A stretch of 63,804 bases of DNA, filler included, from Octopus bimaculoides (GCF_001194135.2; 6 parts of 5 records of this genome joined end to end with filler, not necessarily neighbours in it); one strand, 5' to 3'. Counted from the whole stretch's first letter, positions 13,598 through 27,356 are shown. The notes: generated by a model not told the origin, from the sequence alone. A program made the numbers and translations.

Positions 13598-15331
13598 TTA
13601 ATAGTGATCAAGTGTTTGCGCTGTACATTAGAGCGCTCCCTCCATCAAATCACATAGCCGTACAGGGGTACAATGTGCCACATGTCAGATATTGAAGTTA
13701 CTGCTAAGCAAACGTGAGATGAAGGGTTTTGCTCAAGAACACAACACACCGGCTGATCAGGGAAACGAAACGAAGATCTAGCTATCCTAAGTGCACAGTT
13801 GACTCTGGTGGGATTTGAACTCAGTATGTAAAGAGCTTGAACAAATACCACAAGGTATTTTTCCCAATGCTCTGAGTCTACCACCCCTAACAATCATTTC
13901 CACTATAGGTATAAGGCCAGAAATTTTGCGGGAAGGGACCAGTCGATTATACAGACCCCAATGCTCAACTGGTATTTATTTTATGGACCTAGAAAGGAAG
14001 AAAGGCAAAGTCGATCTGGACGGAATTTGAATCTAGAGCATGCCAAAGTTCGAAGATACGTCGCCAAGAATTTTGTTCGACGCGCTAGTGGTTCTGAAAC
14101 AAATCTATTGAGTTTAAATTCTTTCCCCTGGAAATAAACACCAACGAAGGAGCCTCTATGTGGTCGCCTGAACTTCCAGAAATAGCAGCCAAATCACCCT
14201 ACACTCATCCCCCCCCCCCAAAAAAAACAAGATGGTCACGAATACTTTTGACCACGTCTGCTTCTTAAGGCCTGAGCTGGGGTTGAACAGTTGTCCTTTG
14301 CCTTCAATCTCAACTATAGTTATTCAGCCATTGGTCGAAACGACCTAAAATTAACACCGTTCTAACCGTGACAATCATGTCTTATTTCAAGACGCAGCAT
14401 ATCTACCGCTACATTTTCTAAAGTGTCATTCCTTGTTTAAGACTGTAAAATGTGGCTTCAATTAGATCTTAGCTGCTATTTTTAGCAGAGAGAAGGATCC
14501 ATTCCTTGTAAGCAGCACACTTTGACTTCAGTTACGTCCCTTGATTGTCACATGATTGAATCCTTCATTCAATCACTTATTTACGGAAATTAATTATTCA
14601 TCGGTAAATATCGTAAATATACGACGAAGACTTTTCCCCTCCACTTCGTTTTAATGTTTATTGTTGAAATAAAAATATTTAATTTTAATTTTTGAAAAAT
14701 TAAATTATCATCTCAGTTAATAAATTGATTTCGTTACTGATTCATTATAGGAAAATAAATAAATTTTTAGTTCACCAAAATCAACGAATGTTTATTTTTA
14801 AAAGTAACAACAGTGATAAATGTAAACATTGGACAAGAAAAAACATTTGGAAGGAAAACAAAATTAAATATTTTCTCAAATAAATAAACAGATTTGATTT
14901 TATCAAAATACATCTCCATTGTTACCATTTAAACAACTGCATATATATNNNNNNNNNNNNNNNNNNNNNNNNNNNNNNNNNNNNNNNNNNNNNNNNNNNN
15001 NNNNNNNNNNNNNNNNNNNNNNNNNNNNNNNNNNNNNNNNNNNNNNNNNNNNNNNNNNNNNNNNNNNNNNNNNNNNNNNNNNNNNNNNNNNNNNNNNNNN
15101 NNNNNNNNNNNNNNNNNNNNNNNNNNNNNNNNNNNNNNNNNNNNNNNNNNNNNNNNNNNNNNNNNNNNNNNNNNNNNNNNNNNNNNNNNNNNNNNNNNNN
15201 NNNNNNNNNNNNNNNNNNNNNNNNNNNNNNNNNNNNNNNNNNNNNNNNNNNNNNNNNNNNNNNNNNNNNNNNNNNNNNNNNNNNNNNNNNNNNNNNNNNN
15301 NNNNNNNNNNNNNNNNNNNNNNNNNNNNNNN

Positions 15332-15373
<42 letters not shown>

Positions 15374-16182
15374 TGTATGTTATGAATACGAGTGTGTCAG
15401 GATGCGAACCTGGAATCTTCTGATGTATGTATGTTTCGTTAGAGCCAGAATCTCGGCATGTGTTCAGATATGATAATAAAATGGACTTTTAATAAAATGA
15501 TAACAGTAGCCGTTTTTAATTAATTTAGATAATAAGGCCAGCTATCTTTGAAGGGAAACGTTAAGTCGGTCTCATCGAGTCCAGTAATTAACCGTTACTT
15601 TAATTGTGTAAACTCAGAAACGACGAAAGGCGCAGTCAACCTCGCCGAAATTTGAACTCAAAATGTAATTAATAACAATAATATTAATAATAATAATAAT
15701 AATAATAACAATAATGGTTTTAAATTTTGGCATAAGCCCAGCGATGTTTTTCTTTTTGCTGAACCGGGTACTTCATATTATGAACTCCCTAAGGATTAAA
15801 AACAAAGTTGGCTCTGGCGGAATTTGAACTCTATATTGAACAAGAAGAGTATAATAATAATAATAACAACAACAATACTATTATTATTAATAATAAAGGG
15901 ACGAAAGATTTGCTGCTGATGTTGCGAACCTCAGCAGTATGTTTCTTGGTGTCTTTTTTATGCCAGCTCATTGCTTCCCAACCATTAACACATTTTTTTC
16001 ACCTCTATAAAGCCATGCTCAGGTATTGGCTATGATGAAAGAAAAAACAAACAAACAAGGTGACACAAAGATTATATCACTATATATATGGAAGAAGTCT
16101 TTCCATTTAGAGCCATTCATTTTACATACCTTCCCAAATTATATATATATATATGTGTGTGTATATATATATGTATGTATAC

Positions 16183-16213
<31 letters not shown>

Positions 16214-16451
16214 AACATCCTAATTGGTTAATTTTCATTGTTTTTCTTCTTGTTTTTGCCTTTGTGACTTACAAGTGATGCTATCTGTGGGATTCTCAGC
16301 TTTTTTAGCTGCTATTTCTGAACTTCGGTATATGGTGAAGCAAATATTTGCTGATCCCTTAATTATATTTATAAATATATATGTATGTATATATGTATAT
16401 ATATATATATACATATGTATATATATGTATGTATATGTATGTATGTATATG

Positions 16452-16513
<62 letters not shown>

Positions 16514-16546
16514 CACATATATATATACATATATGTATATATATCA

Positions 16547-16641
16547 GGTGAAAGTAAAGAATATGTACACCCGGGGTTTTTTTAGGGTTAGAGTTCTTGC
16601 TATGCCGAAAACGGGTGGCGTACGTATTCTTCACTTCTGCC
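16547..16641. mobile_element. Second copy of the ~97-bp TTAGGG-containing MITE
   Basis: GGTGAAAGTAAAGAATATG...TTAGGGTTAGAG...GCCGAAAACGG...GTATTCTTCACTTCTGCC aligns with 56512-56608. Confidence 0.6.
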
Positions 16642-16754
16642 TATATAAATCAATACATGTTTACCAAAGACGTATATAATGTATAATTGTAACTTAATAC
16701 AAGGAATACATGAAAAAAAAAAAAGAAATATGATGTATTAATATTAAAGCTTAC

Positions 16755-16805
16755 CTCCGACAGTTCCAAGTTTGTTCTGGTTAATGTTAATGAACGCTCA
16801 GCCAT
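16755..16805 (-). CDS. PPP1R11: PP1 regulatory subunit 11 (inhibitor-3/Ypi1), coding exon 1 (MAERSLTLTRTNLELSE)
   Basis: ATG at 16805 in strong context (A at -3, G at +4); phase-0 donor GAG|GTAAG at 16754; acceptor TTTAG| at 16825 defines exon 16755-16824. Joins in frame to the next exon. Confidence 0.8.
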
Positions 16806-17376
16806 GCTTTTGTCTTCATTCCATCTAAATTAAATCCCAAACATTTACAAAACTACACCAGTAATGTGTATATACATATATATAGGCTTGTATATATATA
16901 TGTATATTGTTTGGTGTCGTTTCTTCGACGTTTCAAACACACACAAAAAAAAACAAAAAAAGAGGCTTTTTTTGGTTTCTGTTGGTTGGAGTTAACTCAT
17001 AGTTAACTCCCTTTAATGTGGTTTAGCAACGAACGAAGAATACAAACAAGAGAGGGAGGGAGGGACGAATGAATGGATGGAAGTATGGGTGAGAGGTGGT
17101 TATGTAGAGAAAGACTTCTATGGTTTAAATTAGATAAGTAGATAAAGGAATAAATAGTTAAATGAATAATAAATAGATAAATAAACAAATATTATTAAAT
17201 AAATACAAATATTATAAATAAACAAATATTAAAATAAATACACAGAAAGACGGATGAATGGATAGATGGAAGGATGATTTGATGGAAGAAATTAATGTTG
17301 ATAAAGACTTATATGGTTTTAACAAAATAAATAAACAAATAAATAATTTAATGAAGAATAAATAGATAAATAAATA

Positions 17377-18017
17377 GGCGCAGGAGTGGCTGTGTGGTAA
17401 GTAGTTTGCTTACCAACCACATGGTTCCGGGTTCAGTCCCACTGCGTGGCACCTTGGGCAAGTGTCTTCTACGATAGCCTCGGGCCGACCAAAGCCTTGT
17501 GAGTGGATTTGGTAGACGGAAACTGAAAGAAGCCCGTCGTATATATGTATATATGTGTGAGTGTGTTTGTGTGTCTGTGTTTGTCCCCCCTAGCATTGCT
17601 TGACAACCGATGGTGGTGTGTTTACGTCCCCGTAACTTAGCGGTTCGGCAAAAGATACCGATAGAATAAGTACTAGGCTTCCAAAGAANNNNNNNNNNGG
17701 CAAGTGTCTTCTACGATAGCCTCGGGCCGACCAAAGCCTTGTGAGTGGATTTGGTAGACGGAAACTGAAAGAAGCCCGTCGTATATATGTATATATGTGT
17801 GAGTGTGTTTGTGTGTCTGTGTTTGTCCCCCCTAGCATTGCTTGACAACCGATGGTGGTGTGTTTACGTCCCCGTAACTTAGCGGTTCGGCAAAAGATAC
17901 CGATAGAATAAGTACTAGGCTTCCAAAGAATAAGTCCTGGTGTCGATTTGCTCGACTAAAGGCGGTGCTCCAGCATGGCCGCAGTCAAATGACTGAAACA
18001 AGTGAAAGAGTTAAAGA
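17377..18017 (+). mobile_element. tRNA-derived SINE family A (GGCGCAGGAGTGGCTGTGTGGTAAG head), with assembly-duplicated middle
   Basis: A-box and B-box-like head, internal (TA)/(TG) tract, conserved tail ending GACTGAAACAAG; many other copies in the window. Confidence 0.85.
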
Positions 18018-18650
18018 GTAAATAAACAAATATATAAAAAATAAATACACAGAGAGAAAGAGAGAGAGGAAGGAAGGACGGACGAATGGATAGATGGAAG
18101 GATGAGGGTTGGAAGGAATTAATGTTGATAAAGACTTTTATGGTTTTAACAAAATGAATAAACAAATGAATAATTTAATGAATAATAAATAGATAAATAA
18201 ACAAGTAGAAAGAGAGAGGGAGGAAACGACTTATCCATGGCTGGCTGGAGGGATGGACGGAGTGAAGGAATTAAGTCAGATGTTATACCTTAAGAGTTAG
18301 ACTTGTATAAATAGATTGGTAATCCTTCGTTATCGATAAGACATCGTTCACCCACACAAACTTTCTTTAGGTGAGCTGGCAGAAATGTTAGCACGCCGGG
18401 CGAAATGGTTAGCGGTATTTCGTCTGCCTTTACGTTCTGAGTTCAAATTCTGCCGAGGTCGACTTTACCTTTCGTCCTTTCGGGGTCAGTTTAAATAAGT
18501 ACCAGTTACGCACTGGGGTCGATATAATTGACTTAATCCGNNNNNNNNNNGGGAATGACGTCGTCACATCATATCAACACTCCGAAGACCAATACTGAAG
18601 GATCGCCAATAAATAAAATATAAATAGATGAATAAATATATAAATAAATA

Positions 18651-19030
18651 GGCGCAGGCGTGGCTGTGTAGTAAGAAACTTGCTTTCCAAACACACGGTT
18701 CCGGTTTCAGTCCTTCTGCGTGGTACCTTGGTCAGATTTCCTTGGGCTGACCAAAACTTTGTGAGTGGATTTGGTAGACGGAAACTAAAAGAAGCCCATC
18801 ATATATGTATATATACATATGTATATATCTATGTATGTGAGTGTGTGTTTTTGACAACCGCTTGACAACCAGTGCTGGTGTGTTAACGTCCCTGTGACTT
18901 AGTGGTTCGAAAAAATAGGTAGTGGGCTTAAATTACCAGGTCTGGGGTCGATTTGTTCGTCTAAAACCCTTCAAGGCGGTGCTCCAGCATGGCCACAGTA
19001 ATTTGACTGATACAAAAGTAAAAGGTGAAA
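18651..19030 (+). mobile_element. SINE family A
   Basis: Full-length alignment to the 17377 copy. Confidence 0.8.
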
Positions 19031-19580
19031 ATGAATCATTAAATATATTATAATAAATACGAAGAGATAGAAAGAAAGAGAAAGGGAAGGGCGGATGAGT
19101 TTATGGATGAACAGATGAATGGAGGGAGCGAGTTAATTTAAATGTTAAATCTTAATTAAAAGTTAAACAAAATATGTGAATGGAATTGGTTGACAGAAAC
19201 TGATGCTGCATAGTAAGATGCTTGCTTCCCAACCACATGGTTCTGGGTTCAGTCCTACTGCATGCCACCTTGGGCAAGTGTCTTCCACTATAGCCTTGGG
19301 CTGACCAAATCCTTGTGAGTGGATTTGGTAGATGGAAACTGAAAGAAGCCTATATATACTTGGTTCATTTCATCATCTTATGACAGCAACCACAAACTGG
19401 ATGTGTCCTTTCACCTTCAACAATAAAGAGCAGTTGGTATATTTCATTCCATATTGGCTACCTCTGATGAGCATAGGGTTATATAATTGGATTGTTACCT
19501 AACACATCATTGTACCCCTAGCGTGAAACCAATTGGTAAGATCAGCCATAATGGATATATCATATTGTACACTTTGAATA

Positions 19581-19652
<72 letters not shown>

Positions 19653-20110
19653 ACATGTCTCTTAAAGGATAGAGCTCAAGAAATGATGTTTGTCAATTGA
19701 ATCTCTTCTCCATTTTCTTCCTTGCCTTATATAAATTCTGGATAAACTTTTGCTTACCTCCCCTTGAACATATTATTCAATTTTACTATTGCCTTGCAGC
19801 AGTAAGCCTCTAAATATAAATAGGTATCCCGCCAGTAGTATATTGGATACTTATTATCCCTTAGATGGTTGTCTAACCTCTAACTCATATATACTTAATT
19901 ATATATATATATATATGCATATATATATATATAATAATATTATTAGGGATAAAAATCCAAATTTACAGGTAAAAACTCAATTAAATTCAATTTATTAAAA
20001 ATTAAAATTAAACATCGATGAGTTCATGAACCTTGGTTCGTTTCCCTAAAACTATATATAAATATTNNNNNNNNNNNNNNNNNNNNNNNNNNNNNNNNNN
20101 NNNNNNNNNN

Positions 20111-20122
20111 TTAATTAATTAA
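20111..20122. other. Artificial contig linker TTAATTAATTAA (also 27401, 37698, 54313, 62257)
   Basis: Identical 12-mer, with stops in all six frames, embedded in N runs five times. Confidence 0.92.
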
Positions 20123-21539
20123 NNNNNNNNNNNNNNNNNNNNNNNNNNNNNNNNNNNNNNNNNNNNGGTTTTGGTGGTATCACGTGATGATACCTTAATT
20201 CTCTTGAATCAAATGTGGAAGCTTCTGAAAGACGGTTTGGTCCGCTAGAAATGGTAACTCATTACACTCTGATGGTGTGCTTAGCAAGTATTCGATGATG
20301 TGGTCCTAGTTGTATTGTGCTCGATAGTAAGTTGGAATGGCCATGGCTGGAATAGTATATCCATTCCATCGTCGGTCCGTTTGATCAGCTCAGAGATAAC
20401 ATAGGGTGAATTAACCCCGGCAAGAAAAAAAAAATAAAAAACAACAAAACACTCGTAATGACAATAATAAAAAGAACAGCAAAGAAAAAAGAAAATAAAG
20501 AACAAAAAAGAACAGCAGTACAACAACAACAACAACAAAAAAAAACAATAACAAAAGAAAACAAGTGAAAAAGAAGAAAACTTAACAGCAACAAAAACAA
20601 CGACGACAACGACGACAGCAGCAACTGCATTTCTCACTCTCTCTCCTCTCTCTCCTCTTTCACTCTCTCTCTTCTTTCAATCTCTCTCTTCTTTCACTCT
20701 CTCTCTTATTTCACTCTCTCTCCTCTCTCTCTTTCAATCTCCCCTCTCTCTCTGTCACCCTCTCCTCTCTCTCTTTCTCTCTCCCTCTGACCCTCTCTCT
20801 CTCTATATATACACACACGAATGTGTTGGGCCATGCTTGTTAGTAGTAGTATGTTATCGATTATTTGAATATGTTACCAATATTTTATTAGTCTGGATCC
20901 TATTTAATGACTGTCTGAATATCTTCCAGATCTATCAGGTTGAAACAGTAAACTACAGATTGTTGTTAACGATTGGCTGCTAACGAATGTGGAATCATGC
21001 GATTCCTTAAAAAAACAGAAAATATATAGGTGGCATTTGGACCAAAATCAATACGAATAGATGCAGGTAGATTTCTAATTAAGATACAGAATATCAGAAA
21101 CTGTGCCATGCATTTTTTCAGGAAATATATTATTTAGAAAAAAACAAAAAACAAAAAAAAACAACAAAAAAAACAACAACAAACAATAGATTGCTACTTT
21201 GCTAGAAAAGTCGGTTGAGTGCTAATGAGCCTTTCCAGGGCCTTAGAGAGTGGTCGGAAGGATGAAGGAAGAGAAGGATATTCGCGAATTGGAGACCTGG
21301 CTCGGATGTTTAAAATAGACTAGGCTCTGCGAAAGGCACTCCAGGACTAAGTGGTGGAGTCTGCTTGTAATAGGGTGAAGTCTGTTAAAGGTTTGTTGGT
21401 AACAGAATAGTCTCCACTAGGGTAGCCAATGGTAGTGTTTGCTTCTAACAGTGTGAAAGCTGCTATAGACACTCAACGGCCCCGTGGTTGAGTTTGCTGG
21501 TAACAAAGTGAGCTCTAATAAAAGTACTCGTGATCAATG

Positions 21540-21950
21540 CTTGGAAAGAGTTTTCTCTTTCCACGGAACAGGAACCAGATAAGAAATGATTTCAGAAGCC
21601 CGCAACAAGATAAAAAATTCTATACTTCTGTTTTGCGAAAGACACAAGAAGTTCCTGATCCCATTCAAATCCGAAATGGAAACAGGCCTGGTAGATATTT
21701 TAAGTGAAATATTTATAACTGGAAGGCAGAGAACATATGTAGAGGGCACATGACAAAATGCCGAGACCAAATCATACATGAGGCTGCCTATTAGCCGGTT
21801 TTGCAGTATTAGAAGAAGGAAACACATAAGGGTCACATTCAGAGATATAAATGGTGATGTCGACCCCTGGTTAATTGTCATCTTTGTGACGCAATATGGG
21901 CTGGAAGTCAGTGCTAGTGTCATATTTGGTGATATGTAGTCGGGTGAGGT
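21540..21950 (+). pseudogene. Possible old LINE ORF1 remnant
   Basis: Reads RVTFRDINGDVDPWLIVIFVTQYGLEV with upstream stops, resembling the RV.V..IPP....W pattern of the ORF1 at 44214-44756. Confidence 0.3.
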
Positions 21951-21989
21951 CACCATGGATATATACAAGTCCTCCCGACTTGTAAGACC

Positions 21990-22083
21990 ACAAGACAATG
22001 CCGAAAGGCTGAGTTACGGGGATGTAAACACACCGACAGCTGTTGTCAAGGCGGTTGGTGGCGACAAACACAGGGACACACAG

Positions 22084-22134
<51 letters not shown>

Positions 22135-22835
22135 CACACACACACAACAGGTTTCTTTCGGTTTCCATCTATCAAATCCACAAACAAGGCTATGATCGGC
22201 TCGAGGCCATGGTAGAAGTCACTTGCCCAAGGTGCCACGTAGTGGGACTGAACCCATAACCATGTAGTAGGGAAGTAAGCTTCTTACCACACAGTCATGC
22301 CAGACATACCCGCGTCTATTTAGCATATACGAAAAATACCCAAAGTAAGGGCCGAGAAGCAACATAAAAGAACAATTGAAGAATAACTGAGTTTACAATA
22401 CAAAGAGTCAAACGGAAACTGGTAGTCAGCAATATACTCTTGCTTGTTTCACTCATTTGACTGTGGCCATGCTGAAGCACCGCTTTTAGTCGAGCTAATC
22501 GACCCCAAAACTTATTCTTTGTAAGCCTAGTACTTATTCTATCGGTCTCTTTTGCCGAATCGCTACGTTACGGGGATGTAAACACACCAGCATCGGTTGT
22601 CAAGCGATGTTGGGGGGGGGGGACAAACACAGACACAGACACACACACATACATACAAATATACATATATATATATATATACGACGGGCTTCTTTCAGTT
22701 TCCGTCTACCAAATCTACTCACAAGGCTTTGGTCGGCCCGAGACTATAGTAGAAGACACTTGCTCAAGGTGCCACGCAGTGGGACTGAACCCGGAACCAT
22801 GTGGATCGTAAGCATGCTACTTACCACACAGCCAC
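21990..22835 (-). mobile_element. Two SINE family A copies
   Basis: Reverse complement of head and tail at about 21990-22310 and 22440-22835. Confidence 0.8.
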
Positions 22836-23223
22836 CCTACAATTTCAGAATCCAGGGGTATCATGGGTATTATTTTGCATTAGCTCTGCATTTACTGTTG
22901 TTTCTGAGTTGATGTAATCTGCATGGACTTGAGATTCACAAAATTATTACAAAGATCTAGGGCCTTTTTTAATCATCAGAAAGTATGTGAAAAAGCTATT
23001 ATATTAAGATTGTATTTAACAAATGTGAATCTCTTGCAAAAAAACTGTTCCTCTCAACACATGGCTATGATTCTCCCCCATTACTTTTGCTTGTGATCAG
23101 AGATGCACATATCGTCAGCCACTAAGAGTCATGCTCAACTGGTTTGAACTTGAGAAAGTCAGACGTCCTGTCGAAATATTGTTAAAAAAATAAAACATCT
23201 AAAATCGCACTCTTCGTCTTGAC

Positions 23224-23365
<142 letters not shown>

Positions 23366-23689
23366 TTANNNNNNNNNNNNNNNNNNNNNNNNNNNNNNNN
23401 NNNNNNNNNNNNNNNNNNNNNNNNNNNNNNNNNNNNNNNNNNNNNNNNNNNNNNNNNNNNNNNNNNNNNNNNNNNNNNNNNNNNNNNNNNNNNNNNNNNN
23501 NNNNNNNNNNNNNNNNNNNNNNNNNNNNNNNNNNNNNNNNNNNNNNNNNNNNNGTTTTGCACAAAGTATTGTTCTAGAGAATGTTTATGAAACCATAAGA
23601 AAATTATGAGTTTGTTTTAAAATTTTAGATTACATAGACAGTATTTTACGTAGGATATGGGCAGTTCCTATGAGCACTATCTTTTGAAT

Positions 23690-23986
23690 TTCTGTCCTTT
23701 TGGGGTTTCCTGGTATCTGAGCTAGGTAGTAATCAGCTCATTTTGCTATCATTCTTAGGGCACCTATGACAACAGGCATTGCTTTAGTCTTGAGGTTCCA
23801 CATTTTACCAATTTCTGTTTCAAAATCTTTATACTTGCTCAGGTTTTGGTTGATCTTGACGAATACATTTATGTCGATTGGAGCAGTCATATCGACGAAG
23901 AAGCATGAATTTTGTCTGAAGTCCTTCAGTATAATGTCTGGACTATTCGCATCTATCTTTCTTCCAGTTTGAACGGTGAAGTTCCA

Positions 23987-23988
<2 letters not shown>
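23690..23988 (-). mobile_element. Dong/R4 RLE fragment
   Basis: Reverse strand reads KNLSKYKDFETEIGKMWNLKTKAMPVVIGAL; its 5' end abuts an (AAT)n tract. Confidence 0.7.
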
Positions 23989-24056
<68 letters not shown>

Positions 24057-25061
24057 GCAGAAAAACAGCGCTCCAGACTGTTTTCCGCTGGTATATGTGT
24101 TGCACATATCGATATTATATATACATAAAAATATGATATATATGTATATATTATAGACTAAATTACCGATATGCTCATGAATTGAACAAAGACTCTGTTA
24201 TAGTTTATTCTGTAATCAGTAAAATAATCCATGATACATTTAAAAAAAGACGTTAATGAAAATTGGAAAAGAGATGAGACTGTCAAGGGAAAATGTTCAT
24301 GAATCTTCACTTGAGTAAATTTGAAAATAGATTCTCTGGTGGGAATTAATGAATTACATTTACCAATACGAAGAGTTGAGTTTTGCTATATTATTGTTTG
24401 ATTATATATTCACTTATAGATGTCTGAAGTGTTTCTAATGTCCTTTTCGTAGCAATTTAAAAGAAACTTAAATAAATTTCAATACAAGAGGGTAATGAAT
24501 ATCTCACATTACTGTAGAATTTTTTTGCAGACACAACTGTCAGCAAATGGACCCTTTTCATTTATCTGGGTTAATATTTTGATATTTTCTTTTCTTGACG
24601 CTCTTGATAATGCAACAGACATATGACCTTGTGCAAAGAATTCTGTTGGGAGATGATATTATTGACTAAATGATTTAAAGGTAGTACCCTAGCATGACCG
24701 CAGTCTAACACAATTTGAAAACTTAATTCTATTAGATAGGGATTATTGTTTTTATACCACGTAATACTTTTTAAAATAATTTACTCACTTGTTTTGTTGC
24801 TTATTTCGCTTTATTACATTTTTTACGAACGAGAAAAAAAGCTTTTTGTTTGCATATGGAAGTTGACGTTTAAAACAGAAGCGAATCTTGTAATATTAAG
24901 CATTATAATTTATGTTTAATATACAAATAAACTTTATAGCTTAAAAATGATTCAATATTCATTTATAATTTCTTCAAAGTAATATAACTTCTTTTAATAA
25001 CGTGGGGAGAAAAAAAAACTGGACATAGTCCCGCACTTCTTCAATCATTATAATATAGATT

Positions 25062-25490
25062 ATTATTATTATTGTTTTTTTTTAAAAATAAAATATGGTC
25101 CGTTGTCTTCTGCTGAACCGGCGTCATCCCTTGACCCTAGGATCACAGCAGGTCCTCATCTCATGGAGAGTACACGGCGTAAAATATGTGCGGAACCTAG
25201 CAACACTATTTTCTGAAGTTCTCCCAGGTTAACACTGCAAGGGAGTTTGTTGTGCTGCTTATCAAGGCCCTTTTTAATCAGCCCCAACGCTTCAATCACC
25301 ACTGGTGCTGTGCTGCTTTTCATTCCTCACATCTTGGTCACTTCTATTTCTAGGTCTTTGTACTTAAATAATTTTTCAGCTTCTTTAATGGACACATTTC
25401 TCTGTATCACATCTATCATTAAGCATTTCTTATTCTTCCCATCTTTGATGATTATGTCCGGCCTGTTAATTATTATTAACTCTCCTCATT
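25062..25490 (-). mobile_element. Dong/R4 RLE fragment and 3' UTR
   Basis: KLFKYKDLEIEV..PVVIEALGLIKK..LQKIVLLGSAHILRRVL; (AAT)n at the 3' end. Confidence 0.75.
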
Positions 25491-25799
25491 GACCATAACT
25501 ATCTACTCTCCTCATTGACCACAACTTTCGTATTTCGCACTTCAAAGCATCGTAGTTGTTTATTCTGTTTCTTCTTCTTTCACATTGATCCTGTTATCAC
25601 CAGAGCAACCTATGTGAATTACCATACATGTTCTTTCATTTTTCATTCACCACAACAACGTCCGGTTTCCGATGTATGGTCGGGTGATTACACTGGATCA
25701 TTGTATCCCACAGGATTTTGCAATTCTCATTTTCGGTGACTTCTGGAGTTTTCTCATACCACGTCTTTGCTCTTTGTAGGCCGCGATTTCCACAGAGCT

Positions 25800-25805
25800 A
25801 TTATT

Positions 25806-25837
<32 letters not shown>

Positions 25838-25851
25838 AGTTGTTGTAGTAG

Positions 25852-25886
<35 letters not shown>

Positions 25887-25950
25887 CTTCTTCTTCTTCT
25901 TCTTCTTCTTCTTCTTCTTCTTCTTCTTCTTCTTCTTCTTCTTCTTCTTN
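25800..25950. repeat. Compound (GTT)n-(CTT)n microsatellite
   Basis: Direct reading; the mirror type (AAG)n-(AAC)n occurs at 32925-33040. Confidence 0.95.
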
Positions 25951-25964
25951 NNNNNNNNNTCTTT

Positions 25965-26157
25965 TTATTATTATTGCCTTTGCACAGCTTCTAACGCTGG
26001 AGATGTACTACAGTGTCAGCTGTTCACTACTAGTGAACTAAGCTAACACCTCTTATTTTTCGAGCACCTTCCGGAGTATTCGAGCAGTTCCAAGCAGTGT
26101 TGTTTTCTGCAAGTGCTCCACCCTTATTGCAGCTCCTATTTGTTCCATGTACTTCGC

Positions 26158-26160
<3 letters not shown>
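25965..26160 (-). mobile_element. Dong/R4 extreme 3' fragment
   Basis: KYMEQIGAAIRVEHLQKTTLLGTARILRKVLE; (AAT)n on both sides. Confidence 0.75.
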
Positions 26161-26193
<33 letters not shown>

Positions 26194-26349
26194 GTTGTTG
26201 TTGTTTTTTTTTTCTTTCTTCAAATTTTCTTCCATTTCTCGCCGTGTGTTTTCCGTACACCTAGGGCAGAGAAGCTCATTGTATGCATTCCCAGTTTACA
26301 CACATAGATTCACAGGTAAAATATGTATTAAAAAAATAAAAATTAATTA

Positions 26350-26570
26350 ATGAATGGATGTTGTTTTCACAGCGATAATGCTCTTCTCAGTACATGAGTC
26401 GTTCCAGTTCACACGAATTTTTGCACTTCTTGTAGGGATGGTAAGCTTGGTATCATTTCCAAATAGGTTTCAGTACCTTTTTTTTTATCATTCCTAGAGA
26501 TCCTACAATCACTGGTACGGTAGTCGCCTTGAGATGCCACATTTTTTCAATTTCTATTAGCAAGTCTTTA

Positions 26571-26572
<2 letters not shown>
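26350..26572 (-). mobile_element. Dong/R4 RLE fragment
   Basis: KDLLIEIEKMWHLKATTVPVIVGSLGMIKK..LPSLQEVQK; its 5' end abuts (AAT)n. Confidence 0.7.
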
Positions 26573-26603
<31 letters not shown>

Positions 26604-26611
26604 CATCATCA

Positions 26612-26834
26612 TCAAGGCGACGAGCTGGCGGAATCGTTAGCATGCCGAGAAAAAATGCTTAGCGGTATGTCGTCCGTCTTCTTTACGTTCTGAGATCAAA
26701 TTCCACCGAGATCGACTTTAATTTCTTCCTTTCGAGGTCGGTAAAATAGGTACCATTTGAGCTTTGGGGTCAGTCGATATAATCGACTAACACCGTCCCC
26801 CAAAATTTCAGGCTTTGTGCCTATAATAGAAAGG

Positions 26835-26835
<1 letters not shown>
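26612..26835 (+). mobile_element. tRNA-derived SINE family B, (ATT)n-flanked subfamily
   Basis: AAGGCGACGAGCTGGCGGAATCGTTAGC head; TTGTGCCTATAATAGAAAGG tail; (ATT)n on both sides. Confidence 0.85.
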
Positions 26836-26892
<57 letters not shown>

Positions 26893-27323
26893 CTACTATT
26901 CCTACTACTACTACTACAAGTGATGTTCGTTATTATATTAATAACGTTGTGATACACCAATAACGTTGATAGCAAACGCTGCAAATGTTTTTGATATAAT
27001 GTTTTATATATGATGACATAAAAGATAACGGCCACCTTCAATAGAACTGCTTTTCACTACAAAGAAATGGACAATTAATCTAGTGATCTTACCAATCAAC
27101 CGGTATTATTAGACAGACGTGTAAGTCGTGCCTAAGCCGAACCAAAACCTTTGATGTAAATAAAGTCGACTTAGTGAAGCGTAGAGGCCATTAAGAAAAC
27201 ATCAACAAAACACAAATCTATACAACGTGACACACAGCCACCAAGATGATACCCATGTGTGTTTTGTCCGTGTGTGTGTGTGTGTCTGTCTGTCTATATA
27301 CATACGAATACATACATACATAC

Positions 27324-27356
<33 letters not shown>

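Noticed and set aside
17444-17930. Apparent exact tandem duplication of a SINE body
   Set aside because: Identical sequence on both sides of a 10-N gap indicates an unmerged contig overlap; the same pattern occurs at 29210-29345, 33480-33625 and 47790-47900.
24781-24900. Strong minus-strand donor (AA|GTGAGTA, 24788) as a PPP1R11 5' UTR exon
   Set aside because: It lies across the 20111 linker, so linkage to the gene is unsupported.
26572-26835. Direct SINE-B/Dong partnership
   Set aside because: No shared 3' sequence and opposite microsatellite polarity; kept only as shared-target use.
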